DNA of 64,000 nt, from assembly GCA_033763455.1 (NCBI GenBank), contig JANRKO010000076.1, forward strand, positions 1 through 64,000, given 5' to 3'. The notes below the pieces were generated by a model that had not been told where the DNA came from, searched no databases, and saw only the letters and a program-made list of their open reading frames with translations. Source of the DNA: Polyangiaceae bacterium (lineage in GTDB: Bacteria > Myxococcota_A > Polyangia > Polyangiales > Polyangiaceae). A program made the position numbers and the translations under genes. Below are positions 29,451-39,772 of the stretch, piece after piece (position 1 is the first letter of the stretch; each line of letters starts with the position of its first letter).

Positions 29451-29627
29451 ACCGACGGCGCGCTTCGACTACGCGGACCCTGTAGCCCTAGCGATAAGCA
29501 CTTTGTACGCAAAGTACTTCGTTTCGGGCCTGAACCCCCTCGCGCGCCAACGTTAGGTACTTCGCATACCAAGTACTTCCCAAGCGCCTGTACCCCCTCT
29601 CCGCGTTCACCGAACCCGCGCGCGCGT

Positions 29628-30995
29628 TCACGCCGCTGGAACTGCAGACTTTTTACGGCTGCGGCGACGCGCTGTTCTCTTCTTCGGAGGTGCCTCTTCA
29701 GCTTCAGGCTGCGCACGCTGCACATCCATAGCCTCTTGCCGGATGTCCTGAACCTGCTGAGCGAGCTCGTACAAGCCGCTCCGTGCCACGCGGCCCCCGC
29801 GGCCCGCTTCAAGCTTCGGCAACACACCCACAATGCGGCGCACTGCATCGGCGATACGGCGCGGCATATTCAGGCGATCTACCAGAGGTTCCAGAAAATC
29901 TAACGCCGCGTTCACGCGATCACGCGCACCCTGGCAGGCCTCATTGAGAGGCCCAAGGAGCAACACCGTCCAAAGCACCGCGTCGTCCAATGGGGGGCCC
30001 CCGCGGGCCACGCGCTTATCGACGGCGGAGAGCATTCGCCAGGCGGTGCCGTCGTCCGCATCCGACAGATAGGCGGATAATTCGGGCAAAAGCACATCCA
30101 AGACGCCTGTTTCCCAACACAGCCAGAGGGCTCGATGGGCCGCAGCGCTGCGCATAAGCCGCAAGAGCTCTTCAAATAGGCGCGGCTTAGCGGCTTGTGA
30201 GAGCGAACCGCGGCAAAACACGATCGCATCGTACACCTCAGGAGCAATGCCAAGATCGAGCCGAGCGCTGAACTTGATGGCTCGGAGGATGCGCACCGGA
30301 TCTTCAAAGAAGCGCACAATCGGATCCCCAATAGTACGCACGGTGCGCGCCTCGATATCAGGCATGCCCCCGATCCAATCGAGCACCTGTTTGGCTTCTA
30401 CGTCGTAAAACAGGCCGTTGATCGTAAAGTCGCGTCGTTGCGCGTCTTCGTGCGCTTCACCAAAGGCATTGTCGCTGCGAATGAGAAGCGTAGGGCCCCC
30501 CTGCTCGCTTTGACGCGGAGCACTACGAAACGTGGCCGTTTCGATAACTTTTCCGGCCCCAAACAAAATGTGCACTAAGCGAAACCTACGCCCAATAATG
30601 CGCGAGTTTCGAAAGAGCTTCCGAATGTCTTCAGGGCGAGCGCTCGTTGCTACGTCGAAATCTTTTGGCCGCATGCCAACTAAAAGATCGCGCACGCAGC
30701 CGCCCACTAAGTAGCCTTCAAAGCCGTGCCGCGTGAGGCGTTGCACCACTTTGACAGCGTCGGGATCGATGCGAGCTTCATCCAGCTCAACGTTGTGCAG
30801 CGTAGGTTCAGGCTGCTCGTCGTCGAACGCATCGTCGAACGCGTCGTCGCGCTCGCGCAAAGCGCGCCCTTCACGGCTATCGTCTGCATCGTCATCCCAC
30901 AGCGACCGCTGTGCCGTTTCCGTGACTCGACCCCCTGCGGATGCAGAGCGACCCGAGTGAAATGAACGAGAGCTTGGAGGAGCGGACCGACCCAT
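29628..30995 (-). CDS. pcnB: Poly(A) polymerase I
   Basis: GYLVGGCVRDLL..KDFD, PAP-specific IIGRRFRLVHI, RRDFTINGL, EDPVRILRA, basic C-tail. Confidence 0.9.
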   Translation of the reverse strand: MGRSAPPSSRSFHSGRSASAGGRVTETAQRSLWDDDADDSREGRALRERDDAFDDAFDDEQPEPTLHNVELDEARIDPDAVKVVQRLTRHGFEGYLVGGCVRDLLVGMRPKDFDVATSARPEDIRKLFRNSRIIGRRFRLVHILFGAGKVIETATFRSAPRQSEQGGPTLLIRSDNAFGEAHEDAQRRDFTINGLFYDVEAKQVLDWIGGMPDIEARTVRTIGDPIVRFFEDPVRILRAIKFSARLDLGIAPEVYDAIVFCRGSLSQAAKPRLFEELLRLMRSAAAHRALWLCWETGVLDVLLPELSAYLSDADDGTAWRMLSAVDKRVARGGPPLDDAVLWTVLLLGPLNEACQGARDRVNAALDFLEPLVDRLNMPRRIADAVRRIVGVLPKLEAGRGGRVARSGLYELAQQVQDIRQEAMDVQRAQPEAEEAPPKKRTARRRSRKKSAVPAA

Positions 30996-31178
30996 GGACC
31001 TTTCGATAACCCGGAGTGTGGGCCCGAACCCTAACCCGCTTTGCCTGGCACGGTGGAAGAATAGAGGCGCCGGGGCGATCTCTTTGGGCCAATCGGGCGT
31101 TTTCTTGGTCAAGAAGTGAGGGAATGGGCGGCGAGGACGCTTTTTCGCCGCGCCCACGGCCGGTGCAATGCCCCGAGC

Positions 31179-31607
31179 TCAGCCGAGGGGGTGGCGGTGC
31201 CGCAGCCCAGGGAAACGGCCGAAATCGCTATCGGCGGTGATGAACTCGCAGCCGTGCTCTATGGCAAGGGCGGCGTGATAGGCATCAGCAACCAGCTTGC
31301 CGCGGGCCCGAGCGGCTAGGCAAAGCTTCACGAAAATATCCCAACTCGCTGGGCCGTGTGTGAGGAGCCGTGCATTCGACCTCTGACGAAGCCTCCGAAC
31401 GAACTCAAGCGCATCTTCAAGCGGCGTAGGGTTTTCCCAAATCCGCGAGTTGGTAACGATGCGAACAAAACCGGAGGCACTCAACTCCGAAAGCGCGAAC
31501 GGCTCCGGCCCCTCTGCGAGCCGAACCAACCATTCAGCGTAGCGCGTGTGCTCCGGCGATTCGCTCCGGTGTGCGTAAACAAAAACGTTTACATCAGGGA
31601 GCTGCAC
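31179..31607 (-). CDS. vapC: VapC PIN-domain toxin
   Basis: PDVNVFVYA, FVRIVTN, VADAYHAALAIEHG, TADSDFGRFPGL. Confidence 0.9.
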   Translation of the reverse strand: MQLPDVNVFVYAHRSESPEHTRYAEWLVRLAEGPEPFALSELSASGFVRIVTNSRIWENPTPLEDALEFVRRLRQRSNARLLTHGPASWDIFVKLCLAARARGKLVADAYHAALAIEHGCEFITADSDFGRFPGLRHRHPLG

Positions 31608-31869
31608 GGCGCCTCAGCCCCAGAACCGCCAGGCTCGCGACATCTTCCTCTTCTTCCGCCGCGAGGATTTCGGCCTGTGTGGGGAACCTACTCAGGCTAT
31701 CGCCGCGAACCAAAAGCTCAAAGGGCTCATCCTTCACCGCAGACTTTCGACCCCCAAGGTATCCAGCCAGTGCCCGATTCACGACAGACCCCAATGTCTG
31801 CCGCTCCTTCAGCGCGAGCTTTTTGGCGCGCTCCAGCAAGGCGTCGTCAATATCCACCGTTGTGCGCAT
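31594..31869 (-). CDS. vapB: VapB-type ribbon-helix-helix antitoxin
   Basis: MRTTVDIDDALLERAK; overlaps downstream PIN gene. Confidence 0.85.
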   Translation of the reverse strand: MRTTVDIDDALLERAKKLALKERQTLGSVVNRALAGYLGGRKSAVKDEPFELLVRGDSLSRFPTQAEILAAEEEEDVASLAVLGLRRRAAP

Positions 31870-31889
31870 ACGAGCAATTTAGCATGTAC

Positions 31890-31944
31890 GCATCAACTCG
31901 CAAGCTTTGATGCCATCGACATCATATACCGCATCACCGCATCA
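31890..31944. promoter_or_regulatory. Probable vapBC autoregulatory boxes (GCATCA repeats)
   Basis: GCATCAA-N10-TTGATGC inverted repeat (31890-31913) plus tandem CCGCATCA x2 (31929-31944) just upstream of vapB. Confidence 0.55.
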
Positions 31945-32199
31945 CTACCCCTGGGAACCATGCAATATCCGCGTTACGTGGTCGTTTTTCGCTGGCGGAG
32001 AGGCCGGGTGGAAACCCGATATTGGCCCAGCCGACCTGGGCGCCGCCTTGACACGTTCCAGCGGCAGCGCGTTAGGCTGCAGCGATGGGCTCATTCAGTC
32101 TGATCCACTGGCTTATGGTACTCGTTCTTGTCGTCGCGACATGGATCGCCCCAGCGGCCAGCCTGATCAAAAAAAATACTGACGCCACTTGAGCTGGAA

Positions 32200-32694
32200 G
32201 TGGTGGCTCACACCGTGCTCATCGTTCTCGGTTGCCGGCTAGCACCGGGCGCAGGGGTGCAGGGAGCCATACTTCGACGTTTGGAACGCGCTCTTGCCGC
32301 CTACACATTTGGCTCTGAAGCTCAGTTCGTCGTGAGCGGAGGCGCAGTTTGGCATGGCGTAACCGAGGCGCAGGCGATGGGGGATTGGTTGCGCTCAAAA
32401 GGGGTGCCAAAAAGCGCCATCTTGATGGAGGCGCATTCCAAGAACACTTTTGAAAATGCACAGCGAGTGGCCGAGCTTCTGCGCCAAACCCACGATCAAC
32501 CCACCGAGCTCGCCCTGGCCACCTGTGCTTGGCATATGCCACGCGCATTGCGCGCGTTTCGTCGCTATGGGTTGCACCCGGTGGCACTGCCCGCAGTGTC
32601 CGCAGAGCCTGCGCGATTTTCAAACAATTTCCGGGTCGTTCGTGAGTTGATAGCCACGGGCGTCGACACTCTACGCGGTTGGGCGGCGCCATGA
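32200..32694 (+). CDS. YdcF/DUF218 family protein
   Basis: IVLG, VSGG, TEAQAM, EAHSKNTFENA, TCAWHMPRA. Confidence 0.88.
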   Translation: MVAHTVLIVLGCRLAPGAGVQGAILRRLERALAAYTFGSEAQFVVSGGAVWHGVTEAQAMGDWLRSKGVPKSAILMEAHSKNTFENAQRVAELLRQTHDQPTELALATCAWHMPRALRAFRRYGLHPVALPAVSAEPARFSNNFRVVRELIATGVDTLRGWAAP

Positions 32695-34853
32695 ACTGGT
32701 GTTGGCGTGCGCGAAAAGTGCGAATCCTTAAACTGCCGGCAGCTCTCGCAATAGTTGTCCTCAGCGCCTGCACCTCCAACGCTCCAACCAGCACGAGCCC
32801 TCAGCCCGGCACCCCCAATGCTAACGTGGCGCGAGCCAAGCGAGATGCGCTAGCGCCGATTCTGAAAAAGTGGGTCACCCTTGAAGCTCAGCAGGGCCAC
32901 CCCAAGCTTGAGCTATCATCGCTTGCAGCCGCCGATAAAGACGAACGGCGCCTCCTTTCCCGCAGCATTTCCCGCCTGGCGAGCCCGGGTGCACGCTCGC
33001 TCACCGAGGCCCTCCTTCTCGACGAAGATCCGGAGGTGGCCGGCTGGGCGGCTTTCGGCCTTGGCCAGAATTGCACGGGCCGAGAAACTGCAGCGGTTGG
33101 CAGCCTAACACTCCGAGTTGCACGGGAGTCAAAAGAGCACGCTCGGGTGAATCCGTTCTTTGCCGATGCAGCCTCCGACGCCATCGCGCGTTGCGGCGGA
33201 CCAAAAGCCGAAGCTGTACTTAGAAGTTGGCTTGAAACAGATCTATCGGAGAGCGCCACTCGCGCATTATTTCGCTTAGCCACGGCCAATGGCACATTAG
33301 AAGAACCAACGCTCGTAGCCTTGCTGGGTCGCGCTCCCGAGCACCCCTCCGCAATCCTGCCCTTCGCACGCCTGCACATCCAAAGCTCCAACATCTGCCG
33401 TCGCTTGATTGCGCTCACCCGGGATCTGGTTGCCAGCCGCGACCCATTGAAGGCGTTGCCGGCAGCGCGCGCACTGGGAGCCTGTGGTGGCGCAGCCACC
33501 GCTCAATTGCAGTCGCTCTTGCTGGATCAAGCCGCCGGGGTGCCCGCACGCAGCGAAGCGCTGCGCAGTCTGCTGAAAGTTCAAAAAGCCGCCGCTCCAG
33601 CGGTTATTCTGCTGCTTGAGCCGTTAGCTGCGCGCGGAGCCTTTGCCGACTTGGCGTTCTTGAATTCACCCGAGTTCGGGTTGGCCAAAGCCGCCTTGGC
33701 GGGCCTCTCCGAAGTTCCAAAAGGCAAGGAGCAGCTATTGCAAACGCTTTCGCAGCTTCCCTTGACGCCCGGAGAAGGCAAGTCACCGAGCCCGCTAGAT
33801 CTTCGAAAGATCTGGCTCCGTTGCCAAGCAGCAGAGCTTTTGGCGCATGCACGCGGGACGCTTCCCAACAATTGCGCCCAAGGCCACCACACAGATCTCG
33901 AAGCGTTAGCCAAGCTGGAGGTGCTTGCTCAACGAGATCTCGACAAGAAAGCCGAAACACTCTTGGAAGCCTCGCTGCGATCAGAACACCTCACGGTTCG
34001 TGAACGAGCGCTGCAGGTATTGAGCCGCCACCGCGATCTGAAAGCCACCGAGCGCGCACTCATAGCAGCCCTCACCTCCGAATCTTCAGGCATGATCACC
34101 GAGGCCGCCTACGCTCTCACCGCCAGCGCAGGGACCGAGCGGACCTTGGATGAGCCGCGCCCGAGTGCCTCGCCCGCGCTAGCAAAAGCGCTCACTTCAG
34201 CGTTTTCATCGCTCGATGCTGGAGCCTCGGAGGGGCGAATCGCCTTGATTGAAGCAGCCGCTGCCTACGGTGTGTTGAGCTTCGTCCCAAGCCTAGAAAA
34301 GCTTTGCACGTCGCCCATATTCGCACTGCGCACCAGCGCCGAACGTCAACTGCGGATCTTGGGTGACAGCACGCGCTCTTGCACCAAGTGGCAGGCGGCT
34401 CCGGCTCCAGCCGAGCTCGCATCGCTTCCTCAAGCGCCCGTCACAGTGAAGCTCGAAACGGACCAGGGTGAGCTCAGGCTCATCCTGGATCCTCGCGTGG
34501 CTCCACTCGCCGTGGCGCGTATTATTCGGTTAGTCGAGCAGGGCGCGTGGAACGGTATCCAAGTGCAACGCGTTGTACCCGGCTTTGTCGTGCAGTTTGG
34601 GGACGTGGACGGCGACGGGTATCAGGGGCCGAGCCTTCCGCCTCTTCACTCCGAGCTCTCACCGGTGCCATTTGGTTCGCTTGAAGTGGGTATGGCACTC
34701 GCGGGGCGCGACACCGGCACCAACGAGGTATTCGTAACGCTGGCCCCCGCACCGCACCTGCTCGGTGATTTTCCGTGGGTGGGGCGCGCAGAGGGGGCGT
34801 TTTCCTCGTTGATAGAAGGCGATCGCATTCAGAAGGCCAGTATTTTGCGCTGA
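32679..34853 (+). CDS. HEAT-repeat lipoprotein with C-terminal cyclophilin-type PPIase domain
   Basis: Lipobox LSAC; Ala/Leu helical repeats; RVVPGFVVQ.GD, VGMALAGRDTG, APHL. Confidence 0.8.
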   Translation: MGGAMNWCWRARKVRILKLPAALAIVVLSACTSNAPTSTSPQPGTPNANVARAKRDALAPILKKWVTLEAQQGHPKLELSSLAAADKDERRLLSRSISRLASPGARSLTEALLLDEDPEVAGWAAFGLGQNCTGRETAAVGSLTLRVARESKEHARVNPFFADAASDAIARCGGPKAEAVLRSWLETDLSESATRALFRLATANGTLEEPTLVALLGRAPEHPSAILPFARLHIQSSNICRRLIALTRDLVASRDPLKALPAARALGACGGAATAQLQSLLLDQAAGVPARSEALRSLLKVQKAAAPAVILLLEPLAARGAFADLAFLNSPEFGLAKAALAGLSEVPKGKEQLLQTLSQLPLTPGEGKSPSPLDLRKIWLRCQAAELLAHARGTLPNNCAQGHHTDLEALAKLEVLAQRDLDKKAETLLEASLRSEHLTVRERALQVLSRHRDLKATERALIAALTSESSGMITEAAYALTASAGTERTLDEPRPSASPALAKALTSAFSSLDAGASEGRIALIEAAAAYGVLSFVPSLEKLCTSPIFALRTSAERQLRILGDSTRSCTKWQAAPAPAELASLPQAPVTVKLETDQGELRLILDPRVAPLAVARIIRLVEQGAWNGIQVQRVVPGFVVQFGDVDGDGYQGPSLPPLHSELSPVPFGSLEVGMALAGRDTGTNEVFVTLAPAPHLLGDFPWVGRAEGAFSSLIEGDRIQKASILR

Positions 34854-34911
34854 GGCCACCTCGAGGAAAAACAGTCGCGCCAGCCTCAACCCGAGCCGCT
34901 ATAAAGCCCAC

Positions 34912-35682
34912 ATGCTGCTCGCGATCGACATCGGAAACACCAATATCGTGCTCGGCCTGTATGACGGCAAGGAACTCAAGCACACCTTCCGCATCTCCAC
35001 CCAGCTCGAAAGAACGCTCGATGAACATTATGTCTTGCTCTCGCAGCTCGTGGCGCTGCGTGGCATCCCGGCTGACAAAGTTAGCGCGGCCATCATTGCG
35101 AGCGTAGTGCCCAGCGTCACCGAAGTGGTCGCAGGTTCGGTGCGGCGAGCCTTCGCTCGAGAGCCTCTGGTGGTAGGTGGCCCAGGGCTGAAGACGGGCA
35201 TTGCCGTGCGCTACCATAGCCCCCAAGATGTGGGCGCTGACCGCATTGTGAATGCTGTGGCGGCATTTGAGCGTTTCGGCGCGGGCGCCATCGTTGTAGA
35301 TTTTGGTACGGCCACCACCTTCGATTGCATCTCGGAAAAGGCCGAATACCTCGGCGGCGTGATCGTTCCGGGAGTGCACGTAGCCCTAAACGGCCTCCTA
35401 GCGCACACCGCCAAGCTCACCCGCGTGGAGATTGCCGCGCCGCCTGCCGTGCTCGGCAAAAGCACGCCGCATGCACTTCAATCAGGCATCGTGCACGGCC
35501 ATGCGGCCCTGGTAGATGGCCTGGTCGACCGCCTTGTGAAAGAGCTGGGCTTCCCCTGCAAAGTGATTGCCACCGGCGGCCTCGCCAAGCTCATTGTGCA
35601 GCACACCACCCGCGTCGACGTAACCGACGAAAACCTAACGCTCGAAGGGCTCCGCGTGCTCCACGAACGCAATAGTTCGTAG
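34912..35682 (+). CDS. coaX: Type III pantothenate kinase
   Basis: LAIDIGNTN, ASVVP, VGADR, VVDFGTATT, GGVIVPG, ATGG. Confidence 0.95.
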   Translation: MLLAIDIGNTNIVLGLYDGKELKHTFRISTQLERTLDEHYVLLSQLVALRGIPADKVSAAIIASVVPSVTEVVAGSVRRAFAREPLVVGGPGLKTGIAVRYHSPQDVGADRIVNAVAAFERFGAGAIVVDFGTATTFDCISEKAEYLGGVIVPGVHVALNGLLAHTAKLTRVEIAAPPAVLGKSTPHALQSGIVHGHAALVDGLVDRLVKELGFPCKVIATGGLAKLIVQHTTRVDVTDENLTLEGLRVLHERNSS

Positions 35683-35717
35683 AGCACCACGGGAACTGAG
35701 CTGCAGAAGCAGCGATT

Positions 35718-36572
35718 TTACTTCTCGTACAGCTGAGCAGCGGCGAGGCCTTGGCCTGCAGCCACTTGCACCACCAGCTTTACGGATGCCGCAAATGGCA
35801 GCGACCAACGGTAGCAATTCGGCTTCTTGCCGAGCACTGCCTGGGGCCCGGTGTCCTGATCTTGAGCGAGGGTCGGAGCGGTGCCCGGAATCGGCATCAC
35901 AGCTACGAGCTGCAGATTGAGCTCAGTGACCGTAGGAACGGCTGCGCCCACTACGGAATAGCACTTACCGGGCTGCATTTGCGCCTGAACCTCCAGCGTT
36001 TGGCCAGCCTGGAAGTTCCCCACAATTGCGGAGCCCACGGCTTTGGCACCTGGAGGGATCTGACCACTAGCTAACTGCGAAATTACGTTGGTTACGATAC
36101 CAGCAGCCGCCGGATCGAGCGGCTGCGCACTGCCACCCGAAGCACCAGGAGCGGGAGCTGCGCCCGGGGCAGGAAAGCCTGGGATCCCAGGAAAACCGGG
36201 CGGGGCAGGCTGTGCGGCGGGAGGGGGCTGACCCGGAGCCGGTGGCGGAGCTTGAGGCGCTGGCTGCGGTGGTGGGTAACCAGGCTGCTGCGGTGGCGGG
36301 TAGCCAGGCTGAGCCTGCTGCGGAGGCGGATAACCAGGCTGCGGCGCGTAACCTGGAGGAGGCTGCTGACCATAACCCGGTTGGCCCGGAGGGGGCTGAC
36401 CGTAACCAGGCTGCTGACCATAACCCGGCTGGCCCGGAGGGGGCTGACCGTAACCAGGCTGGCCCTGCTGGTAACCTGCGGTGTTTACCTCTTCGTCCTG
36501 CTTTTTGCAGCCACCTAACGCGAGTGCCGCGGCGACCAAAGTGCATGCTGTAAGCTCAGTATAACGCTTCAT
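35718..36572 (-). CDS. Pro/Gln/Gly-rich lipoprotein
   Basis: Lipobox LGGC; PGYGQ(Q/P)P repeats; globular C-terminal domain with two Cys. Confidence 0.75.
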   Translation of the reverse strand: MKRYTELTACTLVAAALALGGCKKQDEEVNTAGYQQGQPGYGQPPPGQPGYGQQPGYGQPPPGQPGYGQQPPPGYAPQPGYPPPQQAQPGYPPPQQPGYPPPQPAPQAPPPAPGQPPPAAQPAPPGFPGIPGFPAPGAAPAPGASGGSAQPLDPAAAGIVTNVISQLASGQIPPGAKAVGSAIVGNFQAGQTLEVQAQMQPGKCYSVVGAAVPTVTELNLQLVAVMPIPGTAPTLAQDQDTGPQAVLGKKPNCYRWSLPFAASVKLVVQVAAGQGLAAAQLYEK

Positions 36573-36798
36573 AAAGTCTTCGTTTCATCAGGCCCCAATG
36601 GGCGGTCCCAAGTCAAAGTGCACCCAGGCTATACGTCCCCGGGCCTCGAATCCACCCCCACTAGCTTCACTTCGGCGCGAAAAGCACCGAAACGGTGGCT
36701 CTCCAGGCTATTGCGGGTGCGCCTTCCCACCGGACACGCGGTTACAACGCCGAGCTTCCCGAACAAGCCGCTCATTGGCGCCGAAGCGCTCGTGACAA

Positions 36799-37554
36799 AT
36801 GTTAGCCTCGCTTGCACACATGCTTCCACGTTCCAGTCGTGCAAGGATCTTTTGTCTGGCGCTGGCTGCTCGTGTAGTTTCGCTGCCTCTCGCACTCCTA
36901 CTAGAGGTGCGCTGCGTTCCTCAGGATGGTTGGGGGGAGTCCGCACCCGAGCCCGAATTGCCAGCGCCGGTCAACGCCGCGTGGGCAGATAACTACGAGC
37001 GGAGAACATTGGGCGCGAACTACCTGCCAACCTATCCCGCCTATCGCCTAGTGAACGGTGAGCTGTGCGTGGCGGGCTCCAAGAACCACCCACTCTGGCT
37101 CAAGCGGCCCTTGCCAGAAAACGTGCGGATTGAATTCGATGCTCGTAGCGACACGTCCGAAGGCGACATTAAGGTCGAGCTGTTCGGGGATGGGCGGAGC
37201 TTTGCTCGAACAAGTTCCTACACGGACGCCTCAGGCTACCTCATTATCTTCGGCGGGTGGCGGAACCGCTTTCATGTCTTGGCCCGCCAAAACGAGCATG
37301 CCCCTGAGCGCTTGGAGCAGCGCCTCACGCTTGGGGCAGAAAATCCAGCATTTGTGCCACTCAGAGCGGGCCGCAGTTATCACATCCGGCTGGAGCGCCG
37401 TGGCGGAAGAACACTCCGCGTCTGGCTAGATGGCGCCCTTGTGTTTACCTTGGTGGATCGGAATCCCCTTACTGGAAAAGGCCACCAACATTTTGCTTTT
37501 AACAACTGGGAAGCGCCCGTGTGCTTCGATAATCTGAAGATCGCACCCCTTTGA
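36799..37554 (+). CDS. Exported ConA/LamG-like beta-sandwich protein
   Basis: N-terminal hydrophobic segment; VRIEFDA, GDIKVELFGDG, FGGW, FDNLKI strands. Confidence 0.55.
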   Translation: MLASLAHMLPRSSRARIFCLALAARVVSLPLALLLEVRCVPQDGWGESAPEPELPAPVNAAWADNYERRTLGANYLPTYPAYRLVNGELCVAGSKNHPLWLKRPLPENVRIEFDARSDTSEGDIKVELFGDGRSFARTSSYTDASGYLIIFGGWRNRFHVLARQNEHAPERLEQRLTLGAENPAFVPLRAGRSYHIRLERRGGRTLRVWLDGALVFTLVDRNPLTGKGHQHFAFNNWEAPVCFDNLKIAPL

Positions 37555-37563
37555 AGGTCCACC

Positions 37564-38850
37564 TTGCAGGCTGAGGAACTGGAACTTGAAATCGATGAAC
37601 TCGAGCAACGCCTTGAGCGGCTGCGCGCGTTGTACGAGCAGTACTTCATCGGTATCGAAAAGATGGAGCCGGCGATCCCGCGGAAAGATGTGGACAGGCG
37701 CATCTGGATGCTCCGGCGCGAGAAGATCCGAAATACGGCCAAGCGCTTCAAGCTGCAAACCATCATCCAGCGCTACAACACATATCAGCAGTATTGGCAT
37801 CGCGTTTTGCGCGAGATCGAGCTTGGCACCTTCCGGCGGCACGTGCGAAAGGCCGAGCTTATAACCGGTGAAGATTTGCTCACCATCCGGAGCCGCCACC
37901 GCCATCGGCACACGCTGAAAGCCCAAGAAGAGGCACGCCAGCTAGAGGCCTCCCAGGCCGCTGCTCAGGCTACGGCACAAGAGTCCGCCGAGGCACGCGA
38001 ATCAACCTTTCCCCGCCCGGCACCCGTGCCTTCGCCACACCCGAGGGCCAGCCGTCCGCCACCGGACGCCGGCATTTTACCCCGCCCAGGCGTGAGCACA
38101 GGTAAACGCCCAAGCCAAGCACCCGAGGCGCTCCCAGGTCAACGCCCGCAGACGTTGCCCGGCACGACACTGAGTGCGCTATTAGCTCAAGCCGCCGCGC
38201 CGAACGCCCCGGCGCCGGCAAATTCCCCACTCCGACGCGCACCGCTGCCCACCCAGCCCGGCGCACGCCCAGCTCTCGGCGCCGAACCACCTGCCGCGCC
38301 AGTTGCCCCGCCCCCTGTACCGCCAGCACGCAGGGCGCCTCCCGCGAATCTACCGCCCCCCGCAGCCGCTCGAGCCCAGGCGCAGGCCCAGCAGCGAGAA
38401 GCTCCTAAGCCTTCACCGCCGTTTTCTCCTCCCCTCGCAGCCGCCGCTCCTAAGCCAGCTTCACCACGCGTCGCGGCTCCCGCCCCTAAGCCTACGCCAC
38501 AGGTTTCTCCACCACTCGCAGCTCCCGCTCCAAAGCCAGCCTCTCCGCCCGTTGCAGCTTCCGCTCCGAAGCCAGCGGCGCCGGCACCGCGGCAGCCTCA
38601 AGCCTCCACTGTGGCCGCAGAAGCCCTCAGCGAAGCTCGCATTCAGCAGCTGCACGAACGCCTCGTTGCCACGCGCCGCCAAGCTGGGGACACCACCGAA
38701 ACCACCCTCGCAGGGCTTGCCCGTTCGTTACGCGCCACAGAGGCCAAGCTTCGGGAACAGCACAAGGGTCGCGCCATTGACTTCGATATCACCGTGAAAG
38801 ACGGCAAGGCCGTCCTGCGGCCCGTCCTTAAGAAATCCACTACCCAATAG
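37564..38850 (+). CDS. MXAN_5187 C-terminal-domain-like protein with long Pro/Ala linker
   Basis: LERLRALYEQYFIGIEKMEP..RNTAKRFK..YW N-domain; FDITVKDGKAVLRP C-domain. Confidence 0.75.
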   Translation: MQAEELELEIDELEQRLERLRALYEQYFIGIEKMEPAIPRKDVDRRIWMLRREKIRNTAKRFKLQTIIQRYNTYQQYWHRVLREIELGTFRRHVRKAELITGEDLLTIRSRHRHRHTLKAQEEARQLEASQAAAQATAQESAEARESTFPRPAPVPSPHPRASRPPPDAGILPRPGVSTGKRPSQAPEALPGQRPQTLPGTTLSALLAQAAAPNAPAPANSPLRRAPLPTQPGARPALGAEPPAAPVAPPPVPPARRAPPANLPPPAAARAQAQAQQREAPKPSPPFSPPLAAAAPKPASPRVAAPAPKPTPQVSPPLAAPAPKPASPPVAASAPKPAAPAPRQPQASTVAAEALSEARIQQLHERLVATRRQAGDTTETTLAGLARSLRATEAKLREQHKGRAIDFDITVKDGKAVLRPVLKKSTTQ

Positions 38851-38994
38851 GCTGACGTATGCGCGGCGAAGCGTCGCGGTGCCTGAGGTGAGTGAGCTTT
38901 TATGGAGGAGCGCTCTGATGCTTTTGTCTCTGCCGCAGAAGTCGAGTTTACTTCGGGAAATTGGCCACCGCCCAAACTCCTCAAAGGGGTGCGA

Positions 38995-39720
38995 TCAGCC
39001 CCGTTCGAAAGCGGCGTCTTGCCCTGTGTTCGGCCAGGCTATTGCGGCGAGAACAAGTGCTGGTGTCACGCAGTACCGGCCGGTGAGCGCCGGTAGCGCG
39101 CAGAGGGCGTCCTTCGTTTTCGGTTCGCGTTCTGCATCTGAAAGGTTCGAAACCCGAGCCCTAAACTGGGAGCTGGCTAGGTCGAATTCCACTTCTACCT
39201 CAGTGAAGCCGAGGAACGCCCGCGTCGTGAGGTATTGGCATTTGTAGAAGGCTTCCTTCGCGCAAAAAACAATCTTCGCCATCAGGCCCGCGTCCGTCGC
39301 GGGGGTAGCCTGGAGCCAGCGCAGCTCGCTACTTCCCAGCACCCGGCTCCAGAGCTCGGTTCTGAGCGGCGTAGAGTCTTCAGCATCGATTCCGATGCCG
39401 CGCCAATGCTCGGCACGGCCGACGGCAGCACCGCACCATCCCTGGTGCCCCTTTCCGGTATGCGCAATGCTTCCTACCACACCTTGTGGCCAACGGGGCG
39501 AGCGATCTTCATTGGCTAACAGCGGAGCGGCAGAGAGCCCAAGCTCCGCAAGCGCCCTTCGTGCGCAGGTGCGACCCGCACTGAACTCATGACGCCGGCT
39601 CTCAACTGCGCGCGCCACGGCCGCCGCTTCCTCAGGAAATAGCGCCTCGGCTTCTTGTGCCAGCGTCATTTCCTGACAGAAAACGCCACGGGGTACTATC
39701 TGAGAAAGCAAACGCGACAC
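38995..39720 (-). CDS. 4'-phosphopantetheinyl transferase (EntD/Npt type)
   Basis: RRHEFSAGRTCARRAL, PRWPQGVVGSIAHT, GIGIDAE, FCAKEAFYK. Confidence 0.92.
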   Translation of the reverse strand: MSRLLSQIVPRGVFCQEMTLAQEAEALFPEEAAAVARAVESRRHEFSAGRTCARRALAELGLSAAPLLANEDRSPRWPQGVVGSIAHTGKGHQGWCGAAVGRAEHWRGIGIDAEDSTPLRTELWSRVLGSSELRWLQATPATDAGLMAKIVFCAKEAFYKCQYLTTRAFLGFTEVEVEFDLASSQFRARVSNLSDAEREPKTKDALCALPALTGRYCVTPALVLAAIAWPNTGQDAAFERG

Positions 39721-39772
39721 ACCGGAGTCGCTCTAGCAGAAGCGGTGACCGCCCACTATGCTCTTCCGAAAC

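Noticed and set aside
29500..29580. GTACTTC x3 and a short ACTTTG/CAAAGT hairpin between convergent genes
   Set aside because: Short and irregularly spaced; could be a weak terminator but cannot be supported
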